Assembly: GCF_006345805.1 (NCBI RefSeq)
Contig: NC_043003.1
Location: forward strand, 71,052,001 to 71,116,000
Reading direction: 5' to 3'
Length of the DNA: 64,000 bases
Source of the DNA: Octopus sinensis
Taxonomy: Eukaryota
Shown here: positions 28,461 to 40,449 of the stretch, one piece after another
How positions within the stretch are numbered: position 1 is the stretch's first letter
Layout: the number at the start of each line of letters is the position of its first letter
Position numbers and translations under genes: made by a program
The notes under the pieces: generated by a model
Database searches by the model: none
Told to the model about the DNA's origin: nothing
The model's input: the letters and a program-made list of their open reading frames with translations, nothing else

Positions 28461-30436
28461 ATACATTTTAGCATACATATAGGATATGCATATGTATAGT
28501 TGTGTACGTATTTATACATACCAGTACGCTTATTTTTATTTGTGCATAGTTGTATATTAATGTATGCACATATACACGTGTGAATATCTGCGAAGATGTA
28601 TGTACGAGTATACCTATGTGTGGATAAGCATATATATTGTTATATTGATATATTGTTTATACATATTTTATAGATGAATGTACAAATGAAAAGATGTATC
28701 ACTTTATGCGTTCATCTGGATGTATAAGTTATGCGATGCAGTTACATATATATATTTGTTTACAATAGTATGATATAAAATGCAAATGACCGCACAAGGA
28801 ACAGATTAGAAAACCCATATAAATATTTATAGTGACATATATACTCAATCTTAACCTTCTCAAAATACCTACTTTAACATGTCTTAATAGAAATCTAATA
28901 ATGCCAACACCATTTTAACCTCACTCTGATGAATGCTGTGTAACCAACTGATTTATCTACATTTTGTGAACCCTAGAACAACAAAAGCCAACTTTCTAGA
29001 CAATGAATGTCGTGACCTGAATTTGATTACGTCTGTTTACACCTCAACTTTCATGCCCGACTGAACCTTAAACACTAACAGTATTCTGACGCAAATCACA
29101 GTCTGGTGAAAGCTAGCAAGCTGAAACATCGAAGTCACTGTTATCTGTTCTCTTGTAAAGGTTATTTTTTTTTATATCTATGTCAAAATACTTTTAATAG
29201 TACACAATAGTGATCGCCTTTGTCAAATTTTGCTTTTGGGCTTTTTGTAGTCTTTAGAAAGTTGATTTGGTAGTGCTGGATGGTGCTATGTGGAATGATA
29301 ATTAGCTAAGGCAATGAAAATTTGTGCACTATAGGCAAACCGTGGAAAGACTTGTGTAGGAAGAGGAGAATGGAGAGGAATGTTTATAGGGCATGCGTTG
29401 GTACTAATAATTGTGTGGTATAATAAAACATGTGAAATTCAGGTTTCTCAAATTTAGGTTACGGCATTCTTTCTATAGAAAGCTGTTTTTTATTGAGTTA
29501 AATTTCACGAAGGAATGCTTTTAGTTAAATTCGTTGGTCACTCAAACTGAGGTTGAATTGATATTCTCTTAGATTTAAAAAAAAAAATTCTACGTGGGTG
29601 TTTTGGAAACAATATAAACGGGGGAGTCATTTCGCTGTAAATAGTTACTGCATTTTTTCTTGTCTGTGTTTCGTGTGGTTTTTTGTATTTATTTATTATG
29701 CTATTGTAGGACAATGCATATAGGTAATTCCATACGTTACTTATGTAACTAGAAGAATGTATAAGGACTATACATTTTCCATAAGTATATCTATTTATGA
29801 GTTCTACATATACAAATAATATATAAATAACAATATATAAATATAGCAATACGCAATACATATAAACGTTAACCGACAGATACCTTGGCCATATACACGT
29901 GTCTTATATACATACATACATACATACATACATACATACATACATACATACAATACATACATACATACATACATACATACATACATACACACACATGTAT
30001 ATGAGAAGAAACATACACAGTATTGACAAGTCACAAAAATGACGAAACACCGATGTCTATCGCTCCTGAATGGGATCTAGTGTGAGTTAACTCGCTTGTC
30101 TTTGACTTCCAGGTGTTTTAACACTAGTTGCATTAAAGAGAACATATTTTCTTACGCTTATAAGCGCAGCCTACCCACGAGCCAGCAAAATAGATAGGTT
30201 GTGTATATGTGCTCGATATATATATATATATATATATACATATGGATCAAAACAGTTTTTAATTCAAATTTGTTGGTACTCTTGAGTTTCAAGCGTGGTG
30301 CTAGTCGTCAGCCATTTTGAAATACCAACGAATTTTAATCAAACTTTTGATCCATACATGTAATTCCCAATAATTTTGAGTGCCCTTCTTTCGTCTTTCG
30401 TTTGTACACTCACTCATACATATATATATATATATG

Positions 30437-30480
<44 letters not shown>

Positions 30481-30938
30481 ATATATATATTATATAATAT
30501 ATAATATATATATATATAAGTTTAGGATTGAAGTGAATTTGATCCTTAAATAGAAAGCAGCGAAGTAAAGATGGGTTTATATTCCAGTTGCAAGTACGAT
30601 CACAACCGTTCGACTGAATATGCTACGTGTCTCAAGGCTGCACCTATGTACACAAACTGTAGTAATTGTACCGCGCTCAATAGACTCAGATCCATGCTAA
30701 TTGCAGATTCCGAGTAAGGTGAATAATTACTAGAGACTCTGGCCGAAGTTCGCCAGAAAATCATGAAATGCCACATATTTGAATTCGTAGAATATTTTTT
30801 TAAATGTCTAATTCGTGCAAAAATTCACCTGATGAAAGCGTTTTTTTTTTCGCATGATATAATAACTCTATTTATCAATAAAAGATGTAGTGAGTGAACC
30901 ACTACCTATCTGCTGTTGTTCGGTTAAACACAAACACA

Positions 30939-31020
<82 letters not shown>

Positions 31021-31168
31021 ACAAACACACAGAGGAAGTACCTAAAAGTAACCGGAAACATTATCTGTGAGGCAAGCGCATTGTAGTTCAGGCTTACGCC
31101 GCTAGAAGTCACTTCATGCAACCCTCAGGCATCAATCTGCCAACCAATAGTAGTATATTATATATACA

Positions 31169-31213
<45 letters not shown>

Positions 31214-31222
31214 TATAACACA

Positions 31223-32394
31223 TATATATGTAATGTGGCCTTTGGCGGTCTTCCTAAGCTGGTGAGATTGATGCAGTTAATACCCAGTCTGAAAAGAAAA
31301 ACGTGAAAATAGAGGGACTAGAATCCAGGCTCAATGGTCGCAACAGTGATTTCTAGTAATTACACGAAATAACCAGGCAATGCTGTCATTTAGTTGCAGT
31401 AGAAACTTGACCCAGCAAACCGGCGATCAACAGTAATTATATTATCTAGTAGCTAGTTTAATACAGTCTTTAAGACATTTTACATTTACTCAGTGTCTCT
31501 TTCATTACTATTTCCAGTACAATGGCATAGGATGCTTGACATAAAAACGGAGACCTGCAGAGAATTTCCTTACGTTCTTACCGAAATCCAGTCATTTCGG
31601 CACGTACGGAATTCGTACGTGCCGGAAAGTGTAACGAATATTGATATTAGTTATAGCGTTTATCTTTTACTTATTTCAGTCATTCGACAGTGGCCATGCT
31701 AGAGCACCAATGTTGATATTTACCTATAATATAATTACTTCATATTAGCATTTTAATGCTCACTTTATTGAAGATAACTTGCTGATGTCTCGATATGTTT
31801 ATTTGGAATATGTTTTAGGTTTTGTAGCTTTGTGTCAGTATTTTCACCCTCCATCCTAGCAAAAACTAAAGTACATGTGTTGTTTGCGATAAACATTGAC
31901 ATTACTCGAAGCCCACAGGACTTACATGTACTGTGGGAATATGATTTTCTTGTTCATAATTCACTTCTTTTCATTCACCATTACTTATAACACTTAGAAT
32001 ACAGAGAAAATCTGTTCTACTATATTTTTAGTATTCTTCACTCACACACTCAATAACACAGAGCCCTCCCTCACACACACACATGCGCTCACAAAAACAT
32101 ACAGCTACACATTTCCCACGAGGCAGAAAAGGCGAAGAAAGAGGGGTGGCTACTAAGTGAAAGAGAATTAGTTTCGAGTAGGAAGGGTGGGCAAATTTAG
32201 TTAGGTAGAGATTTAAAGACATAGATAAGGCCTTCATTGTGACAGCGGAACCGATAATAAAGTATTTCAGTGGATAACTGAATGAGTCATATTAAAAATT
32301 CAGGATGAGTACATGCTTAGATAAGTCAGTACGCAAGCAGCGAAGAAGATAGATAGTTGATATTCACAAATATGATTGCGTATATATGCCCCAC

Positions 32395-32431
<37 letters not shown>

Positions 32432-32957
32432 AGTAAAGGAGAGAAAGAGAAAATGTTTTAGCCAGGTAGCTCACAGACACCCCAGCCTTTAGATAAAGAG
32501 ACCGAACCCAAATAGTGGTTATCAACAACACTGAAGTATGATGCAAGTGTGTGTGTGTGTCTGTGTCTGTGTGTGTGGTGAATGAGGACAAGCACTGTCA
32601 ACGTTACTACCTCAAGTTAACGAAGGGACTTATATCTGGTAGCACGACCGGCTAGAAATTGCTGTCAAATCGCCCTCGACTCGCACAATCAAGTAACACA
32701 TCGGACAACATCGTCTTAAAGACAGTACTAAGCTAGCTACTAGATAAGATAATTACTGATGATCGTCGGATTGCTGGGTGTAGTTTGTACTGGAGCTAAA
32801 TGACAGAACTGCCTGGTTATTTCGTACATTTACTAGAAATCACTCTGTTGCGGCCATTGAACCTAGATTCTGGTCCCTCTGCTTCCATATTTTTCTTTTC
32901 AAACTTGGTATTAGCAGTATCAATCTCACCAACTTAGGAAGACCTCCAAAGGCCACG
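31223..32957. repeat. Diverged ~255-bp inverted repeat (31223-31480 / 32710-32957), ~1.2-kb spacer
   Basis: GTGGCCTTTGG...CTAGTAGCTAG is mirrored by CTAGCTACTAG...CCAAAGGCCAC with many substitutions. Confidence 0.75.
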
Positions 32958-33548
32958 GATACTGTTTATCCTCCTTTACTAAACCTATTTAAAGATAAAT
33001 GAACGTGCGTGTATGACAAATAAACAAAGTGAGAACGGAATACGAGACGATATGTGAGTGTGGGGGAAATTGAGAGTTGTGTGTGTTGAATGAAAGTGGG
33101 AGAGACGGCAAAAGAAACTGTGATATACATGTGAGAAAAAAGTAGGTACCATAAATAGAAAAAAGTTTTTAAATCCTCAGGGGAATTTGAACTTAGAACG
33201 TAAAGCCAGGAGAAATGTCGCTCAGCTTTTTGCATGGTGTGCCGACGATTCCGAAAGCTCACTGCTTTGCAGATGTCGATCATTATCTTGAATTAGGAAG
33301 AATGTATCTACCCCGAAACTGAATGGGAGAAGTGAAGACAACTAGAACATTGGCAAATCTGAAAAGTGGAAAGAGCGTTGAAAATTCGAAAATTTGAAAA
33401 TCAACAATTGCCAGTTTCCTAATGGCCACAACTTGTTTTTACAAGGCAGTACTTATTAAAGGCTATGTGAACTAGGCCATTGAATAGTTATTAAGCAAAC
33501 GCACACACATTTATATATGTCGATACATACACACCTACGTATATTTTT

Positions 33549-33631
<83 letters not shown>

Positions 33632-34071
33632 GAGAGAAGATTTTTTTTACAAAAGTCTATCATAAGTTTTTTTTACTTTGTAAGAGTTTAGAACCTTCGA
33701 GTAATGAAGCAATGTTTTTGCTTTTTAACGGTGAACCTCAAAGTACATAAAGTTTATAGAATACAGGGTTTAAAAATATCTTGGACGGAAAGAAGTTGAA
33801 AGCTGTCTCAGGGATTCGAACACTTATCTACTGCAAACATAAATGACATTCTAACCATTATACTAAAGCAACACTTCGAATTTCTTCCGTCAATGATGGG
33901 TCGAAACATATGTTGTACCTAATGAAAGTCTAATATGAAATCCAACTCCTACTATTAATTAACACTATATATAATTGTCACTAATTGTGACTGAGGGTGT
34001 TGAATAGCACCTATATTGCAAGTAATAAAACCCTTAATGCTGGAGGAAGTGCACAATATATACACACTGAC

Positions 34072-34167
<96 letters not shown>

Positions 34168-34387
34168 GCACTTCGTCAGCATTAAGGGTTTTAACTCTTA
34201 TTTCTTGCAATATAGGTGCTATAAGCACCCTCAGTCACAATTTAGTGACGATTAAATTTTCCCTTTATGGTCTAGATGTTTATATATATATATATTGTTT
34301 ATAGTAACAACCATAGCTCTTTAAAAACACTTTATTCGTTCAGCTTGCTAATTCCTTCAGTTTTACTCCGAAACTGCAGTAAATAAG

Positions 34388-34462
34388 GACCCTGATGAAA
34401 CTGTACCGACAATGACACCAGGATGCATATCTAACAGTGTGCAGTTGAAACGCGCGTAGGTC
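34388..34462 (+). ncRNA. Type I hammerhead ribozyme, canonical core
   Basis: GACC-CTGATGA-AACTG...(extended helix II)...CAGTT-GAAA-CGCGCG-TA-GGTC. Predicted cleavage after GUA (A34458); helix III is palindromic (ACGCGCGT). Confidence 0.85.
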
Positions 34463-34772
34463 GAGAAAAGAATACTATAAATAAATGTTTAATAAAATTT
34501 TAGATGTGAAAAATCTCCGTACTCCTTATCATTATTTATACTATTACTTACCCTACGCAAAATATGCAGTTTCGAATAGGACACTCAGATTTACCAAACG
34601 AGAATAGTTACCAGAATCTACCAACTTATTGTTAACTTGGATATCACTAAAGGACCGTTGTAATTAACCAGCACCTGAAAAACGTAAGTAATAGTATAAA
34701 TAATGATAAGAAGTACGGAGATTTTTCACATCTATAATTTTATTAAACATTTATTTATAGTATTCTTTTCTC

Positions 34773-34847
34773 GACCTACGCGCGTTTCAACTGCACACTG
34801 TTAGATATGCATCCTGGTGTCATTGTCGGTACAGTTTCATCAGGGTC
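34773..34847 (-). ncRNA. Type I hammerhead ribozyme, inverted copy
   Basis: Exact reverse complement of 34388-34462. Confidence 0.85.
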
Positions 34848-34937
34848 CTTATTTACTGCAGTTTCGGAGTAAAACTGAAGGAATTAGCAAGCTGAACGAA
34901 TAAAGTGTTTTTAAAGAGGTATGGTTGTTACTATAAG

Positions 34938-35016
<79 letters not shown>

Positions 35017-35017
<1 letters not shown>

Positions 35018-35527
35018 TAGCAGTATCGCCCGGCGTTGCTCGGGTTTGTAAGGGAATTAACTATATAAGCATTTTTAGAGAGTTACTTCCCTTATAGATG
35101 CCAATTCGGGCTTTCTTAGCCATTTCTGTTTTGGTGTCTTCAAGCCATGAAGTCGTTGTTCTAAAAGAACGCTGGTCTCCTTGACAACGCTTTACGACGT
35201 TGATTTCCTTACACTCCCTTCCCCACAGCTTCACGAGGGAGGGAAGAAGGGGGAGAAGCAAACAGGTGCAGGTGTGGCCATGGACGCCAACTCCGCCGCC
35301 ATCGACACACGAAAAATTATGCATTAAAATGGAATAAAAAATGATGTTAAATTATTTTTAAAATCGTAGATTCATCGTAGACGCGCGCTAATACTCAGAC
35401 GGGCTCGATATGAATTACGACTATAAGATACCCGAATTTGGTTAAACTGCACCGCAAAATGTGGGAGTAGTTAGGAATCTAAATCGAAGGGGACAGACAC
35501 ACACAACTACAGTTTTATATATATAGA
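35017..35527 (-). mobile_element. Non-autonomous Helitron (511 bp)
   Basis: On the minus strand it starts A|TCTATATATATAAAAC and ends with hairpin CCCGAGCAACGCCGGG + CGATACTG + CTAG|T; no TSD. Confidence 0.82.
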
Positions 35528-35624
35528 TATAAACATCTAGACCATAAAAGGAAAATTTAATCGTCACTAAATTGTGACTGAGGGTGCTTATAGCACCTAT
35601 ATTGCAAAAATAAAAGTTAAAACC

Positions 35625-35673
<49 letters not shown>

Positions 35674-36989
35674 CCTCATTTCTCTTTAGAGGAATAAAGC
35701 TAAGGAGTGTTGACTGAAATTCCTTTTTTTTATGAGTCATCTGCTACTTCCCAGAACACACAGAATACATAAGGGAAAATAGAATTTTGTTACGATTTAT
35801 TACGATTAACTTATTTGAAAGTAAGATAATGTTACATACAGTGACATAGTACCGTGTATGCACTGATATATTACGTGATACAGACGATAACATTAGGAGA
35901 TATAAACGATGACCTCTCGCGACATACAAATGTATTGTGATGCACAAGCAATGATGTTTGTGGCATACACAGGATGTTTGTACTTTGCAGGCGGTGATGT
36001 AATATGACGTACAAAGTCGTACTGCACCGTACAAGTGATGACATATTGTATCATAAAGACGATAAGATATAACGACGTATCTTTTTTTTAAATAATAGCA
36101 ATTTTAATTTATTCAAATTTAGGCACAAGGCCAACAGTGTTAAGGAGATTTAAATCAGCCGTAGTACTCGACTAGTACTTTCTCTTACCAAACTTAAAAG
36201 GTGAAAGGTAAAGTTAACCTCTTTGGGATCTGGATTTAGTACAAGAACCGGAACAAAAACCGCCAGGCATTTGCGATAAATATTAGAAAAATACGGCACT
36301 TAGCTATGTCCCTTTACACTCTGATTTTAAACCTGGGCCCGAGTCATCTTTGCCTCTTAAGGTCTACCGATGTCTATAAAATAAGTACCAGTCAGATGCT
36401 GGACTTGATATAACCGACTATATAGTGGAAACAAGTGCGCCAACATAGCCTTTATTCAATGATAGCTATAAAATTAAAAGAGTATATATGTTGTAAATAA
36501 CATGTGCATCTATTTTCTCCCACTCAAAAATATATTACAGACAAATATATTACAGTGTGAGTGTGAAGATCTGTTGGAAGTCGAAGCTGAGACAATGATT
36601 CGGTCTTGAATCTCATTTATTTCTTATAACCTCCAAAGCCATAGCATATGTCAATATTTTGTTTGAAAGACAGCCACTTTAATCGATACCAATACATAGC
36701 CAGTACATTGTCGTCGTTCTTTCACCCAAGGTCAAACCGGATCGGTAAACCTCTGATCAAATATGTTTTGCTTTGACTATATCATGTTTTTGTATATTAA
36801 GGATCAATTTATCAACCAACCCCTTTCATTAAAAAAAGGTAAGGTGCAATTTTAGGGAATATGGTTGCTATTTCTAGCTGACCGAGTGATTAAGTAGACG
36901 TTGGTATTTTAACTTAGAACATAACAAGCTTTATTGAACAACACCCAAACAATTTCTTCCCCCACTCTTTCTTTCGATTTCTTTTTTAT

Positions 36990-37051
<62 letters not shown>

Positions 37052-37063
<12 letters not shown>

Positions 37064-38199
37064 AAACTGAGAATGTGTGTCTGTCTGTCTGTCTGTCTGT
37101 GTGTTTTCCCTAAAACTTGAGAACTACACAACCAATTTCATTCAGTGTCATCGGCAAAAGTTTTTTTAGCTTTTTGCCTAGGGCGAGCCCACAGCAATAT
37201 CATATTTTCTCCATTACGATTCCCTAAAACTTGAGAACTACGCAACCAATTTCATTCAAATTTTACACATGCCTTACTTAGGGTCCATGTAGTTTCATGG
37301 GAAAAAATGTTCAACTTCTTGCCTAGAGCGAGCCCATAGCAATATCATATCTTCTCCACTATTTCAGTATTACGTGTTAAAAGTGAAACAAAAACATTTC
37401 TCTATCTTATGTCAGATACTTTCACTTTAGCAATAAAAATAATAATAACAATTGAATTATAAGTAGTAAGTAAAAATTAAAATCAAACTTAACTATAATA
37501 TAATCGTAACATAACAAAAGTAAAAATAGCAATTGGTATAAAATTACATCAATGACTTGAACTTGAATAAATGGTTCCACATGAATGGGAATAAATTAAA
37601 AATAAAATTAGCGTGCAGAAATGGAATAGTCTAGATGGATAATAAAAAATTAAATTAAAGAAAAGACTATTGTCTATAAAGTATACAATGTAGAGAAAAA
37701 AGATTTGAACACATGGAGGAAAGCACCTTCGAAAAGTGTCTTGGTGCGACTATGAAAGAAATCTAATCAGAGGTGGTAAATTCGCCACAATAGAAGCAAG
37801 GTTCGAGTCAACGGAGCGTGCAAGGGAGTACTCGACTTGAACTTGCAAAGTGGAAATATTTTATCTTTACCTATATATCTGGGACGTTGGACGTTCCGGA
37901 TAAAAATTTAAAATGCCCCCCCCCCCCCGAAGTAGAGGTAGGCTGGATTGTAGCCACACTTCTATACATGAGGGAGGACAAGATACAATTGATCGAAATT
38001 GCAAGAGACGGGCCTACAATTCCAGTCTGTTATATATTTTGAGTATTGTTATCACTAGCGATATCAAGATATAACTTTGTATTTTGTATTTTAAGTATTG
38101 ATGTATATATATAGATGTACATGTAATATGTACACATATATATACACATATATACATGCACTAGCACTATGACCCGGCAACGACGGGTCATAATGCTAG
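37052..38199 (+). mobile_element. Probable non-autonomous Helitron
   Basis: 5' end TTTATATATATAAAACTG resembles the 35527 terminus. 3' hairpin GACCCGGCAACGACGGGTC followed by CTAG|T at 38196-38200. That both ends belong to one element is inferred. Confidence 0.5.
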
Positions 38200-38204
38200 T
38201 ATAT

Positions 38205-38420
38205 ATATATACACCGGAGTAAACACATAAATGCAAAACAAGGTGGAACAAATAGTACTCGAATACCAGATGTAGAGCAATATGCTTTATTGAAAACCAG
38301 CAAAAATATCTCAAAAACTTTTGCTCAGAGTTTCACGTTCCCGTTCGTCGGACAAAACTGTTCGACGAACGGGAACGTGAAACTCTGAGTAACAGTCATT
38401 GTGATATTTTTTGCAGCTTT
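38205..38420. mobile_element. Short fold-back element with two divergent hammerhead-like motifs (38318-38355 -, 38358-38395 +)
   Basis: Plus strand: CTGT-TCGACGA-ACG-GGAA-CGT-GAAA-CTC-T-GAG-TA-ACAG. The minus arm has core CCGACGA but a GCA triplet. Flanked by TA runs. Confidence 0.72.
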
Positions 38421-38430
38421 TCAATAAAGT

Positions 38431-38497
<67 letters not shown>

Positions 38498-38744
38498 CTA
38501 AAGAATAATAAACCTTAAAATAAATATTTACTTTTCAAAATGAAACAAAACTAACATGGAAAATGATGTTTATTTTTGTATACTTGCACAGAAGGTCTAG
38601 CAACATGAGTACGTGGGGTGAAATAAGTCATTTCTAATTTTTCTCCTTAATTTTCTCCTTAATTGTCTGAAACATTGCAAATGTTGCACCATCATTTTGT
38701 CTGCTTCTCTACGGCTGCATGGTGCCTGCATAAAAGAAAGCCAC

Positions 38745-38965
38745 TCCAGCAAATTGTGAAGAGGTTATATAGGCTACTAACCCCAAGATTCCGAGTTCGA
38801 TTCCAAGCAGTGACCTGAATAATAAAAATTAAAATATTAATAATAATAATAATAATAATAATATCGAAAAATACCTTAGGAATGAGAACCCAGGTTAGAA
38901 ATTTCCCCAAAATACCTGATGAAGGTTGGAGGGTATATCAGCCGAAACATTATTTTAACAAGCAA
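38745..38965 (+). mobile_element. SINE-like element: tRNA-like B box, (AAT)n spacer, degenerate hammerhead (38916-38947)
   Basis: GAGTTCGATTCC at 38793-38804, then CTGATGA-A-GGTTG-GAGGGTATAT-CAGCC-GAAAC. Helices I and III are decayed. Confidence 0.55.
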
Positions 38966-39396
38966 ATAACTAATTCTCTAACCCCGTGACTGTATGCTTG
39001 GCATGTCAGGAGTGACGTGTTCATTTTCCATTAACCGGGACCCTGCCTGCGAAATCTGTCTAAATCGTGGTTTCATTTCACGTTGCTCTACGATCATTTC
39101 GTCATCTGACATGTGGCACACAGTGCACCTGTACTGGTAATGCTGATCTGATGGAGGGAGTAAGCTTATGTGAACACAAACATTTGATCACTCTAAACAA
39201 ATCATCTGAGTGGTTGTTCGGCAAGAAATTACCGAACCCTCACCCGTCGTCTAACGATGGGAGAGTCCATGATATTTATATATATATAATTGTTCCTTTA
39301 AATATGTACCTGAATTTTAATTCTAATAGTAGTTCTTTCTCTCTTTTGTTCCAGATAATATTCATCCTATATTGTTAAAGAAAGAGATCATTAAAA

Positions 39397-39636
39397 ATGG
39401 TTGTTACCAAAAGTGAATATTTAGCTCGTGTGCAGAGCGAATTGAGCAGATACAGGTACTTCGAGAAAGAACCAACTCCACAGTTGCTCGCCGAAGTTCA
39501 AAGAAAATGCTCTACTCTATCAATTCCGATACCACGTGACGACAAAGGAGGCATATTGCCATACCCGACTACTAAATCTAAAAAGGAAATATTTAACCGA
39601 GAGAAATACTCCGAAGTTGACAACCATGCTCTGAAG
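39397..39636 (+). CDS. First coding exon (80 aa) of a Hillarin/kyphoscoliosis-peptidase-like transglutaminase-fold protein
   Basis: Acceptor TTCTTTCTCTCTTTTGTTCCAG before 39355, in-frame upstream TAA, ATG at 39397. Reads MVVTKSEYLARVQSELSRY...TKSKKEIFNREKYSEVDNHALK, then donor AAG|GTAATC (phase 0). The family call is from recalled motifs. Confidence 0.8.
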
Positions 39637-39819
39637 GTAATCTTCTTCTTCTTCTTCTTCTTCTTCTTCTTCTCCTCCTCCTCTTCTTCTTCTTCTTCTT
39701 CTTCTTCTTCTTCTTCTTCTTCTTCTTCTTCTTCTTCTTCTTCTTCTTCTACCCATTATTATTATTATTGTTTATTATTATTATTGTCATTATTATTATT
39801 ATTATTATTAAAACAGCTA

Positions 39820-40025
39820 GCTGGCAGAATCGTATGTATGTCGGACAAAATGCTTAGCGGCATTTTTTCCGTCTTTACGTTCTGAGTTTAAATTCTGCCG
39901 AGGTCGACTTTGCCTTTCCTCATTTCGGAGTCAATAAAATAAGTACCAGTTACGCACTGGAGTCGATGTAATTGACCTAACAATTTCAGGCTTTGTGCCT
40001 GTAATAGAAAAGGTTATTATTATTT
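39820..40025 (+). mobile_element. tRNA-derived SINE (13.1-kb family, alternative ATT tail)
   Basis: GCTGGCAGAATCG...GAGGTCGACTTTGCCTTT...GTGCCTGTAATAGAAAAGGTTATTATT. Confidence 0.8.
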
Positions 40026-40029
40026 CCAT

Positions 40030-40240
40030 GTCACTTCTCGGAGCTTTTATTTCACTTGTCCCTGCTAATTCTGTAAGGATTTCACAGGGTCTCATTCCAC
40101 GACACTTAACAATCGAGCACCAATCCCCAAATCCTCGCTGTCCCCAAAAGAGCAGTTTTCTGAATGTGTTCAACTCTTGTGTCAATCCCATTTCCTCCAG
40201 CAAATTTCTCAGTACCCCTACAACTACCGGGATGATCATT
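40030..40240 (-). mobile_element. R4/Dong-like non-LTR retrotransposon 3' fragment
   Basis: IIPVVVGVL... and, in another frame, HIQKTALLGTARIWGLVL (cf. IQK.ALLGTARILR.VL). Confidence 0.72.
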
Positions 40241-40449
40241 ACAGCAGTAACAATAACAACAACAGCAACAACGGGAAAAGTAGCAATGAGAGCACCACTA
40301 TCCTCCTACTACCGCACAGTTGTTAGCGGCGTGGTAACAACAACAACAATAGTAATGACAAGGCAAGCAAAGCAATGTATGGCAACTGCTATGAACACCA
40401 CTACCGCTACAACTACTGAGTGATAAGAACATAAAAACTACTACTATTG

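Larger units (their letters stand above)
34294..34941. repeat. 257-bp inverted repeat (34294-34550 / 34685-34941), 134-bp spacer
   Basis: I count about four mismatches between the arms; each arm contains a hammerhead. Confidence 0.95.

Noticed and set aside
33790-33875. tRNA-like A/B boxes on the minus strand
   Set aside because: No complete cloverleaf or acceptor stem; at most a decayed SINE head.
39637-39885. Extension of ORF 39397-39885 into poly-F/S/L
   Set aside because: It reads through the donor into (CTT)n/(ATT)n intronic microsatellite.
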